A stretch of DNA of 64,000 nt from Setoptus koraiensis. Lineage: Eukaryota > Animalia > Arthropoda. Below are positions 62,316 through 64,000 of this stretch, piece after piece. A program made the position numbers and the translations under genes. The notes beneath the pieces are model-generated. The model was not told the origin of the DNA. It ran no database searches and was given only the letters and a program-made list of their open reading frames with translations. The stretch covers positions 24,118,001-24,182,000 of the forward strand of contig CM106585.1 in assembly GCA_048013815.1 (NCBI GenBank), written 5' to 3'. The number at the start of each line of letters is the position of its first letter. Positions within the stretch are counted from its first letter, which is position 1.

Positions 62316-62568
62316 CTGAAAAAGAAGGAAAAAAAATTGCATCTATGAAATTAATTTCTGTAATACTATATAAGATTTGACATTCAAGGAATAATCAATT
62401 GTAATATATACAATTGCTAGCATAGGGTCGCAGTGTAAGTTTTCTTTTGATCTTATTCGGTACCTGAGACTTGATAAAAGATAACTAGGACTTGATAAAA
62501 TCTAAATAGTTTTGTTATATAAATTTATGGTTTTTGCGGTATTCGTTTCCGATGTACGTTTTTGTTGA

Positions 62569-64000
62569 CTACAATATTGGGCTTGTGGGTGGTGCTGTCT
62601 TCTTTATAGGATGAACACGACACACACAACCGGCCGGAAATTTAAATAATGCTACTTGAGGGCTTCTTGATGGATCATGTGGGTCGATAGCTATCATTCT
62701 ATGAAGACTGTATCGTTGTTGGCACGTTGAATCATAAAAGGGGGCGATAAACTCGCATGGCGTATTAGGTTGTCTATTAATAAGGTTAAGATAAAGAGCA
62801 GAGATGATTACGAAAATCAGTGTCCGGTTGATTAATGATTGATTCAAGAAACATCTATTCCTATGCCCGTTTGGCTAGCTATATGTATCGATCAAGTATA
62901 CTTACGCGCAGCTCTCAGTTCTAACTTTCTGAGGGAATACGTCAGTGTTAACCACCAGCATCCACTCTCTGGTGATTTCGTCTTTGGCCCAACCAGGCCT
63001 CATAACATCCACTTGCGTCTGGCAAGCAAATTTGCCTCTGGCTGCCTGGTTGTTAGTTGTGTTGAAGTCATCTTTGTGAAGCTCCTGGTCTGAGACAGTC
63101 TGCAATTCTTCGTACATTATTCTCACTGATCTGAAACTTTTCTCAACCGCTTGTCTGACTTCATTCCTGATTAATTAATGTAAAAGAGATAAAAAAGAGG
63201 CATCAATAAAATCATAATTACAACAAGTTAAAACAGAACCAAAAGAATAAAAAAAATCGCCCCTTACATAGGATAGTCTTTCGTGAGGACACAAAAGTTC
63301 TTGCCGGTCAATGTACAATTTGGCACCTGACCATTGGCTAAAGGTTGGTCGGGCCTCCTGATTGTAACACTTGGCCCGTGCTCGAATGTGGGCACCGAAA
63401 TGGAGTTTTGTTTCTCGTCACTGGACAATTGTTGTTGTTGGTTGTTGATATTGTTGTTGGCACCTTGTTGTGATTGTTGTTGCTGCTGTTGTTGCATATC
63501 AATACGAACTGGGTCTCGTTCTGGGCCGCCGGATAGCTGGGATCCGTCGGAGCTGTCGGCGTTAGTTGATATGGTTGCAATTCTCATTCCTGGCTGCTGT
63601 TGCCTGTTACTCTGTTGCATTATTTGCACTTGACCCTGGCTATTTATCATCATAGCCGCCGGACGACCAAACGGAACAGGTTGATTTGTTAACACTGTCA
63701 TTCTATTTGCACCACCAAACTGTCTAATGGCATTATTTTGCATCATTGGTGGCATCATCGGTTGCGATTCCATTTGAGCCATTAATTGATTGCTGAGTTG
63801 TAAACGTTCGCGTTGATTTTGTTTACTAGCAACGGATCTCTGTTCTGTCATGGACATGGGTGTTGGTTGAGACGATGTTTTGGACCTACTGAAATCTGTC
63901 CTTAAACGCGTTGGTATAAATGAGTATTGCTGCTGCTGCAGAGTCTTACTCTTTCTGCCACCCTTGACTTGTCTATTGGTCTCTATAATGGAGTTGTTGC
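62569..64000 (-). CDS. Spaetzle/neurotrophin-family cystine-knot protein (closest in style to NT1/spz2), 5'-partial: join(>64000..63268,63166..62906,62773..62569)
   Basis: GT-AG exons with phases 2/2. Pro-domain CTLTGKNFCVLTKDYP; knot AAR|GKFAC...WMLVVNTDVFPQKVRTESC...PCEFIAPFYDSTCQQRYSLHRM...FKFPAGCVCRV. The frame is open to the window end. Confidence 0.88.

Noticed and set aside
1-64000. Transposase, reverse transcriptase, rRNA, tRNA or snRNA genes
   Set aside because: No recognisable motifs found on either strand by manual reading; a cmscan/RepeatMasker run would be needed to exclude diverged copies.

Overview
Eukaryotic (arthropod, most consistent with an acariform mite) genomic DNA; no prokaryotic features. 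The left ~44 kb is one very large minus-strand FHOD/Fhos-family formin gene. Its N-terminal GBD/FH3 region is split over seven exons that I joined by hand with matching phases (41648-40704, 40222-39990, 20589-20531, 11235-11168, 10956-10848, 10024-9930, 9076-8965). These are followed by a single open exon of at least 4380 nt (4380 to <1) carrying the end of FH3, a Q/N/H/D-rich linker, a weak FH1 and the FH2 domain. That exon runs off the window, so the ORF track omits it. The introns (up to 19.4 kb) are rich in micro/minisatellites and contain several perfect inverted repeats and a candidate alternative first exon; a second candidate lies upstream of the first coding exon. The right ~18 kb is compact and gene-dense: TMEM63/CSC1 (4 exons), then intronless DPM3, AP-1 mu, a bacterial-type cytosolic UDP-glycosyltransferase, a 109-aa orphan ORF, EXOSC5/Rrp46, TFB1M and an Hsp70 with heat-shock elements, and finally the 3' part of a Spaetzle/neurotrophin-family gene. 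The most striking observations are: (1) the orphan ORF and the convergent EXOSC5 gene share a homologous 5' coding segment; (2) perfect pre-miRNA-sized hairpins sit in the formin introns; (3) candidate alternative N-terminal exons of the formin; (4) a Spaetzle-like cystine knot lacks the inter-chain cysteine and has a possible knot-truncating alternative last exon. All gene identities come from recognising motifs, not from database searches.
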